Shown here one piece after another: positions 62,261-64,000 of a stretch of 64,000 bases of DNA. The DNA comes from Minutocellus sp. GHC0000111 (Eukaryota): the NCBI GenBank assembly GCA_977018835.1, contig OZ361261.1:2294001-2358000 (forward strand), read 5' to 3'. Every line of letters starts with the position of its first letter. Position 1 is the stretch's first letter. The notes beneath the pieces are model-generated. The model did not search any database, was not told the origin of the DNA, and was given only the letters and a program-made list of their open reading frames with translations. The position numbers and the translations under genes are program-made.

Positions 62261-62620
62261 GGTTCTTCTTCACTTGAAGTGGCGAAGATATTTTCTGACT
62301 GGTTTTTTCGATCGGACTGCATTCGGCAGCGCCATTCAGGAGACATACCGGACGACGGACGGACTGACTCAAGCAAATAAATTCAGCCAAAAACCGACAT
62401 CTTGTGTTGAGAGCAAGATACGGCGCTTTGCAGCGTATTCCGATCGCACCAAGGCTCCGAGAAGCCCTGATACTAATACCAACCAAACTCTACAGGCGGA
62501 ATACAGTTGCGCGACTTGTTAGCCATTTGAAGCCGAACAGACCAAAACTTTGCAGGTAAATTCCCAGCCGAATTTTTCCCAACGGCAGAAAACCAACGGA
62601 CCAATAGTACCCAGGCAGTC

Positions 62621-64000
62621 ATGTCGACCCCCATTGCCCCCCTGACGCTGGGCGGAGGTGGTGGCGCCGGACCGTCCCCGCCAGGCGGACCGGGCGGTGG
62701 CCGGGCGCGCAAGCCCAAGAAGAAGAAGACGCTGGGCATCCGCCCCGGCGGCGGCGCGGCCAAGAAAGCGTCTGCCGATGGTGCCGGCAAGAAGAAGGCG
62801 TCGGCGTCGGCTGGTGCCGGCAAGAAGAAGGCAGCGGTGGGCAAGAAGCCGACGGCGGCCAAGGCCAAGAAAAAGGACATTTCGGCCGAGGAAGCAAAGA
62901 AGAAGGCAGCTGTTGCGGAGTCCGAGCCCAAAACGGCCGAAAAGGAAGAGAAATCGACCGAAGACGACAACATGCTGGTCGCGGAGGATGCGACCGAAAT
63001 CGATCGTATCGCCAATGAAGCAGCCGCCGCCTCAACCGTGGTGGCCGAAGAGGACAAGGAGGCCGAACAGGCTTCGAAACCAGCTGCCACTACCGGAAGT
63101 GGTACCGGCACCACCAAGCGGCAGCGAGGTGGGCGCAAGTCGACCTCAGGTACCATTGCCATCGGCTCGACGCGCAGTCGGATCGTCCCGGGAGGTTCCG
63201 GTGCTGCCTCAGCCACTGCTGCTGCTGCTTCAGCCATGGTTGATGCAACAAGTGAAAGCGGCGCTGCTGCAGCGGGTGGAGCGATGGTAGCTGCAACAGA
63301 TGGCAGCGGTGGGGGCGCCATGACCCTCGTCGATCCTGGTGCAGCCCTGCCGACCCCTCTCGGCGGCGCAAGTGGTGCCACTGCTGCCGCGGTGGTGGGT
63401 CTTCCAGCTCCGCCAATTGGCGGTGCCAGCGTCGGTGCTGGTCTGATGGAGATACCCCCGCCCAAGGCCGGTGAGAAGACCATGGGAGACTACTGCACCA
63501 AGTTCCGCACTCCGCGGGTGCCCAAGGCCGACAAGCAGGCTGGTGGTAAGAGGTCGTCGAGCGGTGGTGCCAGTGGAGGAAGCGCCAAGAGGCGCAAAAA
63601 GAAGGGAGCTGTGGATGGTGCAGCAGAAGGTGGCAACGAGGACACCGCAGCTGGCGCTGGTACCGGTGGTGAGGGACAAGAGGCAGGCACATCTGCTACT
63701 ACCGAGGATGGTGCCGCCTCGCAGGAGGCCGGTGCCACCGGCACTGGTGCTGGTGCCGACGATGGTCGATCGGGACCTCTTGTCGAGGTCATCAACGGTG
63801 AGATTGTTATTAAGGAGGCCACCCTGACTGTTGGTGCTCGCAGAACAACCCAAGAGATTGACCGGGAGATGGGAGCCGAGGGAGACGAGGCCGCCATCGT
63901 TGAAGAGGCGTCGGGCGTCACCGCCACGTATACCAGTTTCACGGCCCGACAGAGGCCGCAGCATTGGGGCGTCGAGGAAACCCGTACGTTCTACAACGCC
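62621..64000 (+). CDS. BDP1: TFIIIB subunit B'' (Bdp1), 3'-truncated by the window end
   Basis: Open frame from ATG 62621 to the end, absent from the ORF track because no stop is reached. PLVEVINGEIVI and TYTSF..R....HWGVEETRTFYNA mark the start of the Bdp1 SANT/Myb-like domain. Confidence 0.85.
   Translation, partial: MSTPIAPLTLGGGGGAGPSPPGGPGGGRARKPKKKKTLGIRPGGGAAKKASADGAGKKKASASAGAGKKKAAVGKKPTAAKAKKKDISAEEAKKKAAVAESEPKTAEKEEKSTEDDNMLVAEDATEIDRIANEAAAASTVVAEEDKEAEQASKPAATTGSGTGTTKRQRGGRKSTSGTIAIGSTRSRIVPGGSGAASATAAAASAMVDATSESGAAAAGGAMVAATDGSGGGAMTLVDPGAALPTPLGGASGATAAAVVGLPAPPIGGASVGAGLMEIPPPKAGEKTMGDYCTKFRTPRVPKADKQAGGKRSSSGGASGGSAKRRKKKGAVDGAAEGGNEDTAAGAGTGGEGQEAGTSATTEDGAASQEAGATGTGAGADDGRSGPLVEVINGEIVIKEATLTVGARRTTQEIDREMGAEGDEAAIVEEASGVTATYTSFTARQRPQHWGVEETRTFYNA

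Overview
Eukaryotic nuclear DNA, most likely a diatom. This is inferred from bipartite plastid-targeting 'xSA-FAP'-type presequences, short GT-AG introns and diatom-type hypothetical families. About 25 protein genes are recognisable, including a DnaJ+X-domain protein, an O-fucosyltransferase-like protein, DGDG synthase, DIM1, PCBD, HST, a Cys/Met PLP enzyme, a Siva-like protein, NOB1, a PHD-bromo-SET methyltransferase, ATG3, RPS8, eIF1A, an S9 peptidase, two sulfotransferase-like paralogues, an AKR7-like reductase, SF3B3, an MFS transporter, a thioredoxin-like protein and BDP1. A ~12 kb gene desert (19.7-31.4 kb) holds decayed coding-like sequence and repeats. Most notable observations: (1) signs of a repeat-associated A>G mutational process at TpA (a 'reverse RIP'), seen as tyrosine-free transposon ORFs, a TpA desert, and repeat copies differing mainly by TA<->TG/CA; (2) an internally deleted Kolobok-like DNA transposon at the left edge; (3) a 215-bp retroposed, highly foldable element with a 16-bp target-site duplication and a (TAGAA)n tail; (4) a duplicated ~225-bp element with a ~150-nt fold; (5) frameshifts and conserved-residue changes in many genes, including essential ones, suggesting either a decaying haplotype or assembly error. 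I recognised no rRNA, tRNA or CRISPR array. All family calls come from motif recognition by eye, without database searches.
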